Shown: in pieces, positions 1-12,865 of the stretch
Layout of the letters: each line of letters opens with the position of its first letter
Numbering within the stretch: the stretch's first letter is position 1
Assembly: GCA_038087875.1 (NCBI GenBank)
Contig: JAXLNO010000539.1
Span: 124,001-177,127, forward strand
Reading direction: 5' to 3'
DNA from: Malacoraja senta
Taxonomy: Eukaryota
Length of the DNA: 53,127 nucleotides
Translations under genes and position numbers: made by a program
The notes under the pieces: model-generated
The model's input: only the letters and a program-made list of their open reading frames with translations
What the model was told of the DNA's origin: nothing
Database searches by the model: none

Positions 1-154
1 AGTCTTAAATCTGAACATCCAAGCTCCTGTGTCTTCTCCCTTAAGGTGGAAGAGGGAAAAGGGAATGGCCAGGGTGGCAGGCATCCTTGACGATAGTTCC
101 ACCCTTCCTGATGCAGCGCACCATGACGATGGAATCGATGAAAGGAAGTGATGA

Positions 155-495
155 GTCATAAGGTCATAAGTGATAGGAGCAGAATTAGGCCATTCAGCCC
201 ATCAAGTCTACTCCGCCATTCAATCATGGCTGATCTAGCTCTCCCTCCTAACCCTATTCTCCTGCCTTTTCCCCATAACCCCGACACCCATACGAATCAG
301 GAATCTACCCAACCCTGCCTTAAAAAATATCCATTGACTTGGCCTCCACAGCCTTCTGTGGCAAAGAATTCCACAGATTCACCACTGTTCGATTAAAGAA
401 ATTCCTCCTCATCTTAAAAGGAACGTCCTTTAATTCTGAAGCTATGACCTCTGGTTCTAGATTCTCCCACTAGTGGAGATATCCTCCCCACATCC
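155..495 (-). mobile_element. CR1/HER1-type LINE 3' fragment
   Basis: Reverse complement matches the CR1 ORF2 C-terminus/3'UTR repeated throughout the window (gaatctgtggaattc...gatcagccatga...gaatggcgg). Confidence 0.85.
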
Positions 496-639
496 AGTCT
501 GTGATGGACCCGTTCGCCACTCTGCAGGGTCAGGTAGTCAACAGCAGAACAGTTGCCGTATCAGGCTGAAGATGCATCGTGTCAGAATACTTTCTACAGC
601 AAATCTGCAGAGGTTTGAGAGAATCATTGTGGATGGAAC

Positions 640-1790
640 ATACTGAACAGTAGCACAGAAACACGGTCTTTGGCCTACATGTCTGAGCTAAACATGATGC
701 CAAATTAAATTAATCACCTCTGCCACATGACTCTGTTCCCTGCACATCCATGTTCATTCATTCATTATCGTTGAAAACATTAGCGACGCAGTGGTGCTGG
801 TTTCCAACGGGAACGGTGACGAACGCACCACACTTCTCTGCCCTCCAGTTCCTGCGGACTTCCGCCGCTGGAAGTAGAGGATTTTGGTGTTCGTGTGCTT
901 TATCATCATTCCTTACAATGCTATGTACGACAGTGATCGCAACTTCTACTGAAGTGTGGATGGCCGTTGGCTCGCTAGAAGCTCATCCGCCCTTTGACAG
1001 GTCTTGTTTTTGGTCCTGCTGGGGGTCCACAGCCCCTTCCTCACCTGGCAAACCAGATGGGGGAGACGGTTTAGTCACCGACTATCTGACCATGAAGCGG
1101 GTAGCATGGGATTACATGGTACCCGTGGCGGGGGAACTCCCCCCGACCTGACATCCATATGCCTATCTTAAAGTTTCTTAAATATCACTATCATGTATGC
1201 TTCCACCATCACCAGTAGCGGCGCATTCTAGGCACCCACCACTCTGAGAAATATGCTTGCCCTGTACATCAAACTTTCCCCCTCTGACCTTAAAGCTATG
1301 CCCTCTAGTCCTTGGCATTTCCACAATGGGAAAAAGGTTCCGACTGAATACCCTATCTATGCCTCATATAATTATCTATTCCATTAAGTCCCCCCCTCAA
1401 CCTTCGATGCTCCAGAGAAAACAACCTAAGTTTGTTGAACCTCTCCTTATAGCTAATGTCATCATTTCAAACCAGCATTCTGGTAAAACTTTCCAAAGCC
1501 TCCACATTCTCCCTGCAATGGGTCAACCAGAAAGGCATAGAATACTCCAAAAGTGGCCTAACCAACGTTTTATAAAGCTGCAATATGACCTCCTTAATTT
1601 AATACTCAATGTCCGATGAAAGCATAACATATATGGCTTTTTTCCAATCCATCTAGTTGTGTCGCCATTTTCAGGGAGCTATGGACATGGACCCCAAGAT
1701 CCCTGTGTACATCAGTGCTTTTTAAGGGTCTTGCCATTAACTGTATACTTTCCCCCTTATATTCAACCTCCCAAAGTGCAACACATCAGA
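640..1790 (-). mobile_element. Older CR1-type LINE 3' fragment, split by the 752-1150 insertion
   Basis: Antisense CR1 ORF2-like sequence; continuity across the acatccat duplication. Confidence 0.7.
752..1150 (-). mobile_element. Non-autonomous retroposon with (TGAA)n tail, family uncertain (RTE/Vingi-like?)
   Basis: 8-bp TSD acatccat at 744-751 and 1151-1158; (ttca)n at left end; no real ORF. Confidence 0.6.
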
Positions 1791-2020
1791 TGCCAAAGTA
1801 AGTCATTCTGCTGATGGGTTTTATTGATCACTGCATCAGTGTGAAGGGAACCAGGTCAGGCTGTTGTTGATATGGATGCCAAAAAACCTGAAGCTGTTAA
1901 ATTACACTGACTGGCCAGTAAGTAGCTAGTTTTGCACTTTTCCTAATTATTTTGGACAGCGCAGACCCAAGCCAAATTTCCACATTATCCCAAACTGCGC
2001 AACTAGATCTCGAGGTACAG

Positions 2021-3597
2021 TTTTTTTTTTTTTTTTTTTTTTTAAATTTTATTAGAAGTACAATCGTATGGCACCAAAGTGCCTAATATATATTTTCATA
2101 GTACATTTTATGTACAGCTTCTTATTTTTTTATTATAATAAAGAAGAATAAGAAAAAGAAATTAGATAATAAAGGATAGAAAAACGTGAGATATATAGTG
2201 TGTGAAAAAGAAAAAAAGAAGAAAGTTGAAGAAAAGAAAATAGGAAAAAGAGAGTAAAAAATAAAAAAAGTAAGGAGATCATTATTTATAATCTTGACCA
2301 TCCCCCACCCAGTCCTGGAACAGTTAGCTTTTACAATTGTGTTGCACCATATGATTCCAAAAAGACGACAAATGGAGACCAACTCGTTATGAATTGGTCT
2401 GATTTATCTATTAGGAGGAATCGCATTTCCTCAAGATGTGCGGTGTCCAACATGCTTGCGATCCACATTTTAAGCGTTGGTATTGGTGTATTTTTCCAAA
2501 ATTTAAGTATTACTTTTTTTGCTATTATTAAACCATAATTAAAAAATAAATTTTGAGATGAGTTCAATTTATTCCCATCTTCCATTACTCCAAATATAAT
2601 CATTTCAGTATTAGGTTCCATTCTTATCTTAAATAATTTTGTAAATATTTCAAAAATATCACTCCAAAATCTATAAGGTTTCATGCAGGAAACTAAAGAG
2701 TGTGTTATAGTTGCATTTTGGGATAAACATTTATCGCAAATGGGGGATATATTTGGATAGAATTTATTCCGTCTTGTTTTTGAATAATATAATCTATGTA
2801 AAATTTTTAATTGAATTAGATTATGTCTTGCATTAATTGAACATTTGTGAATGTATATCAAGTACTTTTCCCTTCGTAATTTTTATCATTAATTCCCGTT
2901 CCCACTCTTCTCTGTCGATGGTAGGTCTATATTTAAAATACTATTATATAAATATGATATTAATTTTTGTCAGCTTTAATATTCATTGCTTCTTCCAATA
3001 AGTCAGGAGTTATTTTTTGATATCCTTGTATGTATTTCTTCATGAAATCACAAATCTGAAGATATTTAAAATATTGGTTGTTTTTCAATTTAAATTTTAA
3101 TTGTAATTGTTGGAATGATAATAGATTTCCCATTTCATACATATCCCCGATCCTTTTAATTCCTAAACTTTCCCATTGATTATATGTTTTATCAATAAGA
3201 GATGGTTTAAATAAAGGATTATTCGCTATTGGCATTAACAATGATCAATTTCTTAATTTTAAGGATAATTTTATTTGTTTCCAAATTCTTATTGTATCGT
3301 GTATAATTGGGTTCTTCTTATATATTGTGTTGTTCAGTTTTTTCGGGGAGAAGAGGATCGTTCCTATATTACAAGGAAAACAATCCTCTTTCTCCATTTT
3401 TATCCATTCTGTCTGTAGGGTAGAACTGTCCAACCAATAAATTATATTCTTAATATGCACTGCCCAGTAAAAAATACAAAAAATTCGGGAGTGAAAGTTC
3501 CCCGACATCTTTTGGTTTACATAAGTGTTTTTTTTTTAATTCTATGTGATCTATAACCCCAAATAAAATTAGTAATATTAGAGTCAAATTTTTTAAA
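2021..3597 (-). mobile_element. 5'-truncated L1-clade LINE (ORF2 C-terminus, 3'UTR, poly-A)
   Basis: Frameshifted ORFs 2331-2861, 2960-3241, 3245-3508 with CDKC..H...C motif and LKFWK...MWI...E..RF...WSPF; T-run 2021-2043; gaggtacag at 2012-2020 and 3598-3606 as candidate TSD. Confidence 0.9.
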
Positions 3598-3702
3598 GAG
3601 GTACAGATCTTTGTTACGACAACCGGGATATTGTACACTCATGCCCTTTACTGCATCCAGCGTTGTTTCATGAAGTAAATCGAATTGGCTGAAAACCAAT
3701 TA

Positions 3703-3997
3703 GGGGTGCACGGTGGCGCAGAGGTAGATTTGCTGTCTTACAGCGAAGGCGACGCCGGAGACCTGGGTTTGATCCCGACTACGGAGTTTGTACCTTCTCC
3801 CCGTGACCTGCGTGGGTTTTCTCCGAGATCTTCGGTTTTCTCCCACACTCCAAAGACGTACAGGAATGTGGGTTAATTGCCTTGGTAAATGTAAAAATTG
3901 TCCCTTGTGTGAGTAGGGTAGTGTTAATATGCGGGGATCGCTGGTCGGCGCAGACTCGGTGGGCCGAAGGGCCTGTTTCCGTGCTGTATCTCTAAAC
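3703..3997 (+). mobile_element. tRNA-derived SINE (HE1/V-SINE type)
   Basis: A-box-like ggtggcgcagaggt, B-box-like ggtttgatccc, core ggttttctccgagatcttcggtt, CR1-like tail gggccgaagggcctgtttcc. Confidence 0.85.
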
Positions 3998-4439
3998 CAG
4001 TTTTTGTGATGGTCGGAATCTCAGAGTGTAGCTGGAATGGATAATCTGCGCTGAACACGGTGAATACTTTCTTACTTTCTTTAGCACTTATATGCTGCGC
4101 CCAGGCAGGAGTGATGACGGGAATGTTTTTGGAACCTTTTCCTGTCAACTGTTTAATTGCCCCCCCACCTTTGTGACTTTGATGTGACAGGACCATAGAG
4201 TTTCAGCCTGAGCCTCTACAAGGTTACCCAGCTCTATATCAGGCTACAGCATGACTAGTCTTCCAAAATGGTCTCCAAATGTATACACCAGCCCTTGTCC
4301 ATTTGTTGCAGGGCTCTGCAAGATAAGCTTTGGTATCCAGTTCAATACCAGGCAGCCCTTCTGGTTTAATACTTTCTCTAATGCAACACAGCAATGACTT
4401 ACCAGGTATTTCAACGAGGATTTATGAGTCAACAAGTTA

Positions 4440-5340
4440 CAAATGGGCCAGACTTTATAGGTATGGACAGTAGATTTCACTCCCCAATGGGCATAAATGA
4501 ATCAGATAGATTTTCATAATAATCATGGTCATATTCTTTAAGACTACAGCTTTCTCACAATTACCATGTTTATTTATTTTTATTTTTTTTAATATTTTTT
4601 TTATTAGAGGCATCTGCATATCATAGTCCAAGCCAATACAAACTATGTTTAACGATTGCATATTAAATATCCAGGATTCCAGGGACCCAGTTACCAAAGT
4701 AGCTGGGATCCTCCTTTATCGGTTACATATTAACATTGCCTCTAATTGTTTATTTATGTTTATAGATAGGAAAAATAAAGAGAAGAAATTAGAAAAATAG
4801 GATAAACTATCAATAATACAACTTAGGAGATAGGTCCGTAGGTCAGAGAACATAACTATTCATCTAGTCCTGGATTCAGGTTTCAGTCAGGCCTCCGCGC
4901 CGGCCCAGTCATCTATAAATGGAGACCATATTCTAGTCAATAATTCTGGTTTGTCAATTAAGACAAATCTAATTTTTCCCAAATGTAAGGTCTCTGACAT
5001 CTCCATAATCCACATCTTGATTGTGCGGGTTGCTGGATTTTCCCAAAATTTTAATATCAATTTTTTCCCAATTATTATACTGTAATCAAGGAAATGTCTT
5101 TGGTTTGTTGTAAGTTTTAGGTATTGTTCTGATATGCCCAATATTATTAATTTAGGATCAGGATCCAGTTGGGTATTAACAACTACAGAGATTATTTTAA
5201 AAATATCCATCCAGTAATTTTTACCATGTTTATTTTAACTGAATTTAAATTATATAGTTAACATGAACCCCACCCTATGGATTGTTAATTCGGGCTCTGA
5301 ATTACTAGTCTGGTGATCTAATTGCTACTTCACCACAACC
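4440..5340 (-). mobile_element. Old diverged tRNA-headed SINE interrupted by an L1 insertion
   Basis: Minus-strand head near 5340 (gtggtgaagtagcaattagatcaccagactagtaattc); sequence resumes across the L1 TSD. Confidence 0.4.
4576..5220 (-). mobile_element. 5'-truncated L1-clade LINE with 15-bp TSD
   Basis: ORF 4887-5210 (KKLILKFW...IKMWI...IWSPF); T-rich tail; TSD ttaccatgtttattt at 4561-4575 and 5221-5235. Confidence 0.9.
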
Positions 5341-6107
5341 CAAGTAGTAATTTAATATATATTTTCACTGAAGTGGTCTGACTGATTTTTTTCCCCTCCC
5401 TTTTAAGTTTTTACTTTAAGTTCTTGCCTCTCTTCCAATCCTGAAAGTGCCAGGGGTGTGACTTTATGCCGGAATGCTCCTTCGTTGTGGCCAATGTCAC
5501 TTTCATAGCCAAGTCTAGGTATATCATCGGAACACTGCAACGTCCAATCTCAAGCTATAAACATTACAACAGTATGATAATGTTTTCCCATGCCTGGACC
5601 ACCTCGACAGAGGGGGGTTCTAACATTTTACAACTAATTGGGTTGAAAGGAGGGGATGCCAAATTCTCAACCGTCTAAATGGATATTTGCCAAGGCCTGC
5701 ACAGCGGGACAAGGCAAGGAACAGCATGCAGGTCTAATCATTCAATGCTATCTCTATATCTAGTAATTACCATACGTGTTAATTACACAGGATTCCTCCG
5801 GGTGCTCTGGTTTTCTACCATATCCCAAAGACGTTTAGGCTTGTAGGATAATTGGCCACTGTAAAAATTGCCTCCAATGTATCGGAGTGGATATGATCAA
5901 TATGAACTAATATGAACGGGTGATCAATGTTCGGCATGGCCTTTAATCACACGCAGTTCAGTGGAAATTCTGAACATTTATCTGAAATAAACCACAAAAC
6001 CAAGATTTTTTAAAACACTATAATACAATGGGATTTCATTTGCTGGGATACCATCCTGAGGATGTACGACTGCCACCCCCAAACTTTATACAAATAGTTG
6101 TTCCTTA

Positions 6108-6312
6108 TAGACACAAAATGCTGGAGTAACTCAGCGGGAAAGGCAGCATCTCTGGCAAGAAGGTATGGGTGACGTTTTGGGTCGAGAACCTTCTTCAGAC
6201 TGAAACATCACCCATTCCTTCTCTCCAGAGATGCTGTCTGTCCCGCTGAGTTACTCCAGCATTTTGTGTCCATCTTCGATTTAAACCAGCATCTGCAGTT
6301 CTTTCCGACACT
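6108..6312. mobile_element. Inverted pair of Penelope pseudo-LTR-derived short units
   Basis: gacacaaaatgctggagtaactcagcggg...cccgctgagttactccagcattttgtgtc arms. Confidence 0.75.
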
Positions 6313-6527
6313 TTCCTTATATGTGTGTGCTATTTATTCATCATACAATTGGAATGGATGCTGGGTTATTATCTGGCCATCTCCAATTAAGCTCTCCACT
6401 CATTGACACACTAGCATTCCAAGAACCAGTCGAAAATGCAAAGAAATTAGACTTGATTTCACCTTCAACCGAAGATTTGAACTAAGTCACCTTACATCAG
6501 CAACAGTAGATCACACTTAATGTTAGT

Positions 6528-6960
6528 GTTTAAGAAGGAACTGCAGAAGCTGGCAAATCGAAGGTAGACTAAAGTGCTGGAGAAACTCAGCGGGTGAGGC
6601 AGCATCTTTGGAGCGAAGGAAGGAGGCGATGTTTCGGGTCAAGACCCTTCTTCAGACTGATGTGGGGGGGGACGGGATGAAGAAAAGAAGAGGCGGAGAC
6701 AGTGGGCTGAGGGAGAGCTGGGAAGGGGAGGGGAAAGCAGGGACTACCTGAAATTGTAGAAGTCAATGTTCATACCACTGGGTTGTAAACTACCCAAGCA
6801 AATATGAGGTGCTGCTCCTCCAATTTACAATTGGCCTCACTCTGGCCATGGAGGAGGCCCAGGACAGAAAGGTCAGATTCGGAATGAGAGGGGGAGTTGA
6901 AGTGCTGAGCCACCGGGAGATCAGGTTGGTTATTGCGAACCGAGCGGAGGTGTTGGGCAA
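6528..6960 (-). mobile_element. Penelope-like element 3' end (GIY-YIG C-terminus plus pseudo-LTR)
   Basis: ORF 6770-6979 PVAQHFNSPSHS.SDLSVLGL...KLEEQHLIF, followed by the ctgaagaaggg..cccgaaac motif. Confidence 0.85.
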
Positions 6961-7279
6961 TTATTAGGTTCAGTATCAAATCTTATTGTTAGGTTCAGTA
7001 TCAAATCTCACCAATTCAGAAGGTTCCAGGTATAAAACTGGATCTGTTATGTCAAGGTGTTAAGTGCTTTTCTGAGAAGATATCTTCCCCAAATCATTAT
7101 CGGCAGTATAGTCTTTTAAAGAAGGCCGTGTAAAAGACAGATTGTTAGCTGTATCACACGGTCACCTTGACACAAAGGAGAGTTAGCAGTGATTTGGACA
7201 CCAACTATCCTGACCACAAAGTAGGTTACTGGTAAAAGATCAACAATAATAATAATACTGCCAAATATCCTTATGTCAA

Positions 7280-7685
7280 GTCAAGTCACATTTATTTATA
7301 TAGCATATTTAAAAACAACTCTCATTGACCAAAGTGCTTTACATTTGTTATAAGAATAGTATAAACAAGCAAACTACATACATATATACATATAGCCCTC
7401 GCTCAGAGGATGTCAAGAAAGGCTTGGGAGTATAGATATGTTTTTAGTCTTGACTTAAAGGAGTCGATGGAGGGGGCAGTTCTGATGGGAAGGGGGATGC
7501 TGTTCCACAGTCTAGGAGCTGCAACCGCAAAGGCGCGGTCGCCCCAGAGCTTATGCCTAGACCGCGGGACATTCAGCCACCCCAAGTCGGCCGATCTGAG
7601 GGACCTGGTGGTGGTGTGGTGGGTGAGAAGACTTTTAATGTAGGTGGGTGCAAGCCCATTGAGGGCTTTGTAGACAAAGAGGAGG
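7280..7685 (-). mobile_element. L2-clade LINE 3' fragment
   Basis: GDRAFAVAAPRLWNSIP...FKSRLKTYL; (gactt)n tail; TSD ttatgtcaa 7271-7279 and 7686-7694. Confidence 0.85.
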
Positions 7686-7974
7686 TTATGTCAATACCAT
7701 TAGCATGCTCCCAAACATACTTCCTAAAATATAATAGCTACCTGAAGACTTGAACATCATTGGCACATTTGAGAAGCTCTTCAATATCTCTTTATCATCT
7801 ACCATGCAGACTTCCCTCACGTTGTACTACTATGCTCACCCCAATCCCAAAGAACTTCTCCTCTCTGTAGACATCAGCTTTCTTTTCTACAGTCACTGGT
7901 TACCCCACTTTCTTTCCCCTTCTCCTTTGCTTCAAACCACTCTTCCTCTCAGGAAGCCTGAAATCTGGTACATG

Positions 7975-8220
7975 AACAGGTTCATGGACAGCTACTTCCC
8001 CACAGCCATCAGGCTATTAAACCCGCCATCAAACAAACTCTGAACTATAACAGCCTATTGCACTTTATCTGTTTATTTATGTGTATATATATGGTCTATG
8101 CTATATAGACACACTGAACTGTTCTGTATTTATGCTTACTATATCCTGTTGTGCTGAAGCAAGCAAGAATTTCATTGTCCTATCTGGGACACATGACAAT
8201 AAACTCTCTTGACTCTTGAT
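7975..8220 (+). mobile_element. Rex1/Babar-type LINE 3' end
   Basis: RFMDSYFPTAIRLLN, then a 3'UTR ending gaatttcattgtcc...gacaataaactctcttgactcttga. Confidence 0.7.
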
Positions 8221-8962
8221 ACTTCAAGTAATGATTCGTATCTGCATTCAATTTCCCCATTTCCCTCTTTTCAACCTCAAAACTAGGAAGTTTTCTTTTT
8301 GAAGTCCTGGTGGTATCCCCATCAATTTTGCTCTAAGACAGTAAGTCTCGATGGCATTAGCTGGGAGAGGACACCCACCCTGAAAGCCTAATCCAGGTTA
8401 TTACATTTTCTTTCTCACCTGCTTCCTTCATAATTGTGAGAGAAAAATGGGCCCCAAATATTATTCCTCAAGGACCCGTTAACCTGTTGGCATTGGCAAT
8501 AAATGTCAAAGCTAGAGCCCAGCATGGAGTGGACACATTTAGAGTTAGGGCAAGAAGAAGATCTTTCCTCCTTTTGCAATCTATTATTGTTTAATGACAC
8601 TGCTTGAAAACTCATCATTATTTATTTTAGTTTCTTTTCCTCGGGACCCAAGATGTTTTCAATCTAGGATTTCCCTTTTCCATTCTACTCTTGCTATTTT
8701 ACAGACTCTGATCCCTGCTGCTAATCTTCCCACCAACATTAAGGCACATCCATCAAAGGTCTGAAGAAGGGTCCCAGCCCAAAACATCATCTATCTATGT
8801 CCTCCAGGGATGCTGCCTGAATGGCTGAGTTACTCCAGCATTTCGTGTCTATCTTTGTCTTCCATGCAAGATTCCAGCATCTGCAATTCCTTTTATCTCC
8901 GTCAAAGATAATTCTACACAAGATAACTTGACCATTGAGAAGTGATCAATCAGTTCATTAAT

Positions 8963-9252
8963 TGGGCGGCACGGTGGTGCGGCGGTAGAGTGCAGCAAAT
9001 GCAGCGCCGGGTTCGATCCTGACTATGGGCGTTGTCTGTACGGAGTTTGCACGTTCTCCCCGTGACCTGCGTGGGTTTTCTCAGAGATCTTCGGTTTCCT
9101 CCCACACTCCCAAAGACGTACAGGTTTGTAGGTTAATTGGCTTGGTAAATGTAAAAATTGTCCCTAGTGGGTATAGGAGAGTGCTAATGTGCAGGGCTTG
9201 CTGGTCGGCGCTGACCCGGTGGGCCGAAGGGCCTGTATCTCTAAACTAAACT
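8963..9252 (+). mobile_element. tRNA-derived SINE (HE1/V-SINE type)
   Basis: gggcggcacggtgg...ggttcgatcc; (taaac)n tail. Confidence 0.85.
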
Positions 9253-9820
9253 GATTTCAGTTAATACCAAACATTTGGCTCCTCTGGTTATGACAATATA
9301 TTTGCTTTGTCTGCGCTTTAAAAAAAATGAAGTTTCATTCAGTATCTGGCCAACCTTATCATGGATATATACAAGTACTTTCATTAGCTACCCCCCTCTC
9401 TGTCTGCTCTGCTAATTTACACTCCGTGAATTCCCTTTCCACCAACGCACACAAACCAGTTAAGACCACCAGCTTTTACCCTCCATTTGCTGCCAAACCC
9501 TGGACTATTCCAGTGTTCTTGGCTGGCCTCCACTCTTCCACCCACGACAAAGATAAGCTCATCCAAAAGTCTGCTGCCCATATGCTGATTCACACGAAGT
9601 CTACTCGCCCATCACCTCTATGGTCAGGGCCTTAGCATAGATGCCAGCGAAAAACACCTACATTTAAAACTCAACCTTGTTTTCAAATACCCCTGGGCCT
9701 TGACCCTTTAACTCTTTTAAGAGTGAAGTGTTACAATTAGGCAATTGGTTAACAGTATCTCACACCAATTGCTGTAATGCTCTGATATATACCACACCTC
9801 TCATCGTAACAGAACAACGT

Positions 9821-9920
9821 GTCTGAAGAAGGGTTTCGGCCCGAAACGTTGCCTATCTCCTTCGCTCCATAGATGCTGCTGCACCCGCTGAGGTTCTCCA
9901 GCATTTTTGTGTACCTTCAC
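9821..9920 (+). mobile_element. Penelope pseudo-LTR-derived short unit
   Basis: ctgaagaagggtttcggcccgaaacgttgcctat. Confidence 0.75.
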
Positions 9921-10664
9921 ATTTCTTGTTGTAACACAAGAAATCTTAAATATATATATATATATCTTAAATATATATATACCATCGGATATACTCTACA
10001 CCGTTCACTCCGATTCACTTGGATATATCCAAATACCCTTCGCTGTTAAACTATCCAGTTAATCTCTCACTATTCATCGTCTAATAAAACCCATAGTATG
10101 TGACGCGCCCCTGTATGCCCCACTTAGTAAATATTTTATTACGTTCCTTTATATCACTTTAAGCCAGTTTTTGGTCTCTTCGTGTTATCAGAAACTGGAT
10201 GCACTATGGATGTGACACAAAAGCACTGCGCAAGTTGAAGAAACATTACATCACAAACGAATTGGGAATAAAATCTTCACTAAGAGAAAGATAACATTAC
10301 ATCAAGTAGATATTGGATAACAAAACCACTTCTTGACTAGTAAGGGCGTCAGACGTTACGCGGAGAAGTCAGGAGAATAGGGTTGAGAGGGTAAAATAGA
10401 TTAGCCACTATCAAATGGTGGAGCAGGCTTGATGGGCCAAATGGCTTAATTCTGCTCCTATGTCTTATGACCTTACACACAGCAAGAATAAAAAACTATA
10501 CCAAGATACTGGGGAAGCAGATGATTAAGTACAAGGGTTCAGAGATAAAATAAAAGGTTTTTCCTTGCTTACTATGTGAAACCTCACAGATCTTCCACCC
10601 AGCTCTGTTAGTTCTTCCGACAGATGTAGCCTGAACTGTGGAGTATTTTCCAAATGACTCCTTC

Positions 10665-10960
10665 GCCCAGAGTAGGGGAATCAAGAACCAGAGGACATAG
10701 GTTTAAGGTGAAGGGGAAAGATTTAATCGGAACCTGAGGGACAATGTTTTTCCACACAGGGTAGTGGGTATATGGAACGAGCTGCCGGCCGGCGGAGGTG
10801 GTTGAGACAGGTACTATAACAACACTTGAAAGATATTTGGACAAGCACATGGATAGGAAAGGTTTGTTGGGATATGGGCCAAACGTGGGCAGGTGGGACC
10901 AGTGTAAATGGGGCATCTTCTTTGGCATGGGCAAGTTGGGCTGATGGTCCCGTTTCCATT
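10665..10960 (+). mobile_element. CR1-type LINE 3' end
   Basis: cccagagtaggggaatcaagaaccagaggacatagg, same subfamily as 14260-14765. Confidence 0.8.
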
Positions 10961-11582
10961 GCTCTTCGAGTCGGTTTCCACAATTATTTCACATTTACAG
11001 TATCTGCAGGTTTTTTTTTTGATTTTCACTACAACACAATCAGCAGAAACAAGAGAGAAAAGCATAAATCATTGATAGATAAAGAAACATGGTAAATAGA
11101 TAGCGAAAGAGAGCAAAGGCATCCATACTGGCAGAAGTAAAAACTTAGAGGTAGAGGGCAAGATAAAGCCAACAATGGGTGCAGAGAATGGGGGGGGGGG
11201 GGGGAAACATAAATATTAAACAGTGAAGGTGAGCGAGGACAGGAATATCAACAGCAATTACAGGAGAGGAGGTGGTAAAGAAGAGTCATGGCAGATCTAA
11301 AAGTTGACAGCGATGTTTTCAGAGCAGAAAATCACGAGTTAACAAAATCAAGCTTTTGTTTGATAGATCCCATATGCTCCTCTGATGAATTATTATAATT
11401 GGGTTTAAGATCTCATTATTCTGATTAATCTCATTTTGTTTCACTGTGTCCTATAAAATTGTCCACATTAGCTGCTCTTGGGGGTAACACAGAGGCCAAC
11501 TGTCAAAACAGGGAGAGCCATTTATTCTAGAAAAGTCATTAGAACAACAGCAGGCTTAACCGGATAATGTCATCTTTTGTTA

Positions 11583-11766
11583 GCAGTTAATTCGTTGAAT
11601 TTAATTTGTTTCATTCCGGCCTATACTTTTCTTTCTAAACAGGATATGTATCCCCAAATTCAACATTTGGCACAGTGTTCTGTCCCTTTCCCTCTTCCAA
11701 AATCACTGATCACAAGCCAGCAGTTAATCCCTAGTACTTTCATCCAGAGTGGTTATTCTTATGGGC
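11583..11766 (+). repeat. Copy A of a 184-bp inverted duplication (partner 22114-22363)
   Basis: Base-by-base match to the reverse complement of 22114-22363. Confidence 0.95.
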
Positions 11767-11960
11767 CTGTCCCACTTAGGCGACTCTTTAGGCGACTGCC
11801 AGGGACTAGTTTTAATGGAATTCACCAACGACACCTGGCGACAACCTACGACAGCAAAAATTGTCACCACTGTCGCCGAAATTTTTTCAACATGTTAAAA
11901 ATTTTGCGGCAGTCGCCTGTAGTCGCCCAGAAAAGAATTTGCCTCAGTGGGACAGGCCCA
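11762..11960. mobile_element. PIF/Harbinger-like MITE
   Basis: Perfect 15-bp TIR tgggcctgtcccact/agtgggacaggccca; tta/ttg flanks. Confidence 0.75.
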
Positions 11961-12041
11961 TTGTCCTGCATTCTTTAAACAATGAATCTTGACAAACTAT
12001 ATATTGTAACTGTGGAGGGACACAAGAAGGGCTGGAGTAAC

Positions 12042-12487
12042 TTCATATGAGGAAAGATTGAAAAGACTAGGCTTGTATTCACTGGAGTTTAGAAGGATGA
12101 GGGGGAATCTTATAGAAACATATAAAATTATAAAAGGACTGGACAAGCTAGATGCAGGAAAAATGTTCCCAATGTTGGGCGAGTCCAGAACCAGGGGCCA
12201 CAGTCTTAGAATAAAGGGGAGGTCATTTAAGACTGAGGTGAGAAAAAACATTTTCACCCAGAGAGTTGTGAATTTATGGAATTCCCGGCCACAGAGGGCA
12301 GTGGAGGCCAAGTCACTGGATGGATTTAAGGGAGAGTTAGATAGAGCTCTAGGGGCTAGTGGAGTCAAGGGACATGGGGAGAAGGCAGGCACGGGTTATT
12401 GATAGGGGACGATCAGCCATGATCACAATGAATGGCGGTGCTGGCTCAAAGGGCCGAATGGCCTCCTCCTGCACCTATTTTCTATGT
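12042..12487 (+). mobile_element. CR1/HER1-type LINE 3' end
   Basis: ORF 12058-12402 RLGLYSLEFRRMRGNLIETYKI...TRGHSL...FTQRVVNLWNS. Confidence 0.9.
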
Positions 12488-12656
12488 TGCTGTGTAACTC
12501 AGTGGGTCAGGTCAAGCAGCATCTCTGGATGACATGGATATTCTGGTCGGAACCCTTCTTCAGACTCACGCTGCCGGTTCAAACAAAATCACGTGGACTG
12601 ACTCCCCTGCAGACTCCTGGGTCCTGCTGCCCCCCCCTTCCAAAAGGGACCCTAGT

Positions 12657-12865
12657 AAAGACACAAAATGCTGGAGTAACCCAGTGGGACAGTCATCATC
12701 TGGAGAGAAGGAATGGGTGACGGTGACGTTTCGGGTGAAGAAGGGTCTCAACCCGAAACATTATCTACTCCTTCTCTCCAGAGATGCTGCCTGTCCCACT
12801 GAGTTACTCCAGCATTTTCTGTCTATCTTGGGTATCAACCAGTATCTCCAGTTCCTTCCTCCACA
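12657..12865. mobile_element. Inverted pair of Penelope-derived short units
   Basis: Inverted arms meeting at gacgtttcgggtgaagaagggtctcaacccgaaac. Confidence 0.7.

Noticed and set aside
6961..7009. Small tandem duplication ttaggttcagtatcaaatct (similar case at 21967-22004)
   Set aside because: Ordinary local slippage or repair duplication with no further structure
11625..11760. Acceptor-like ttttctttctaaacag followed by an open frame (ORF 11577-11978)
   Set aside because: No good donor, no recognisable protein, and the ORF runs into a MITE
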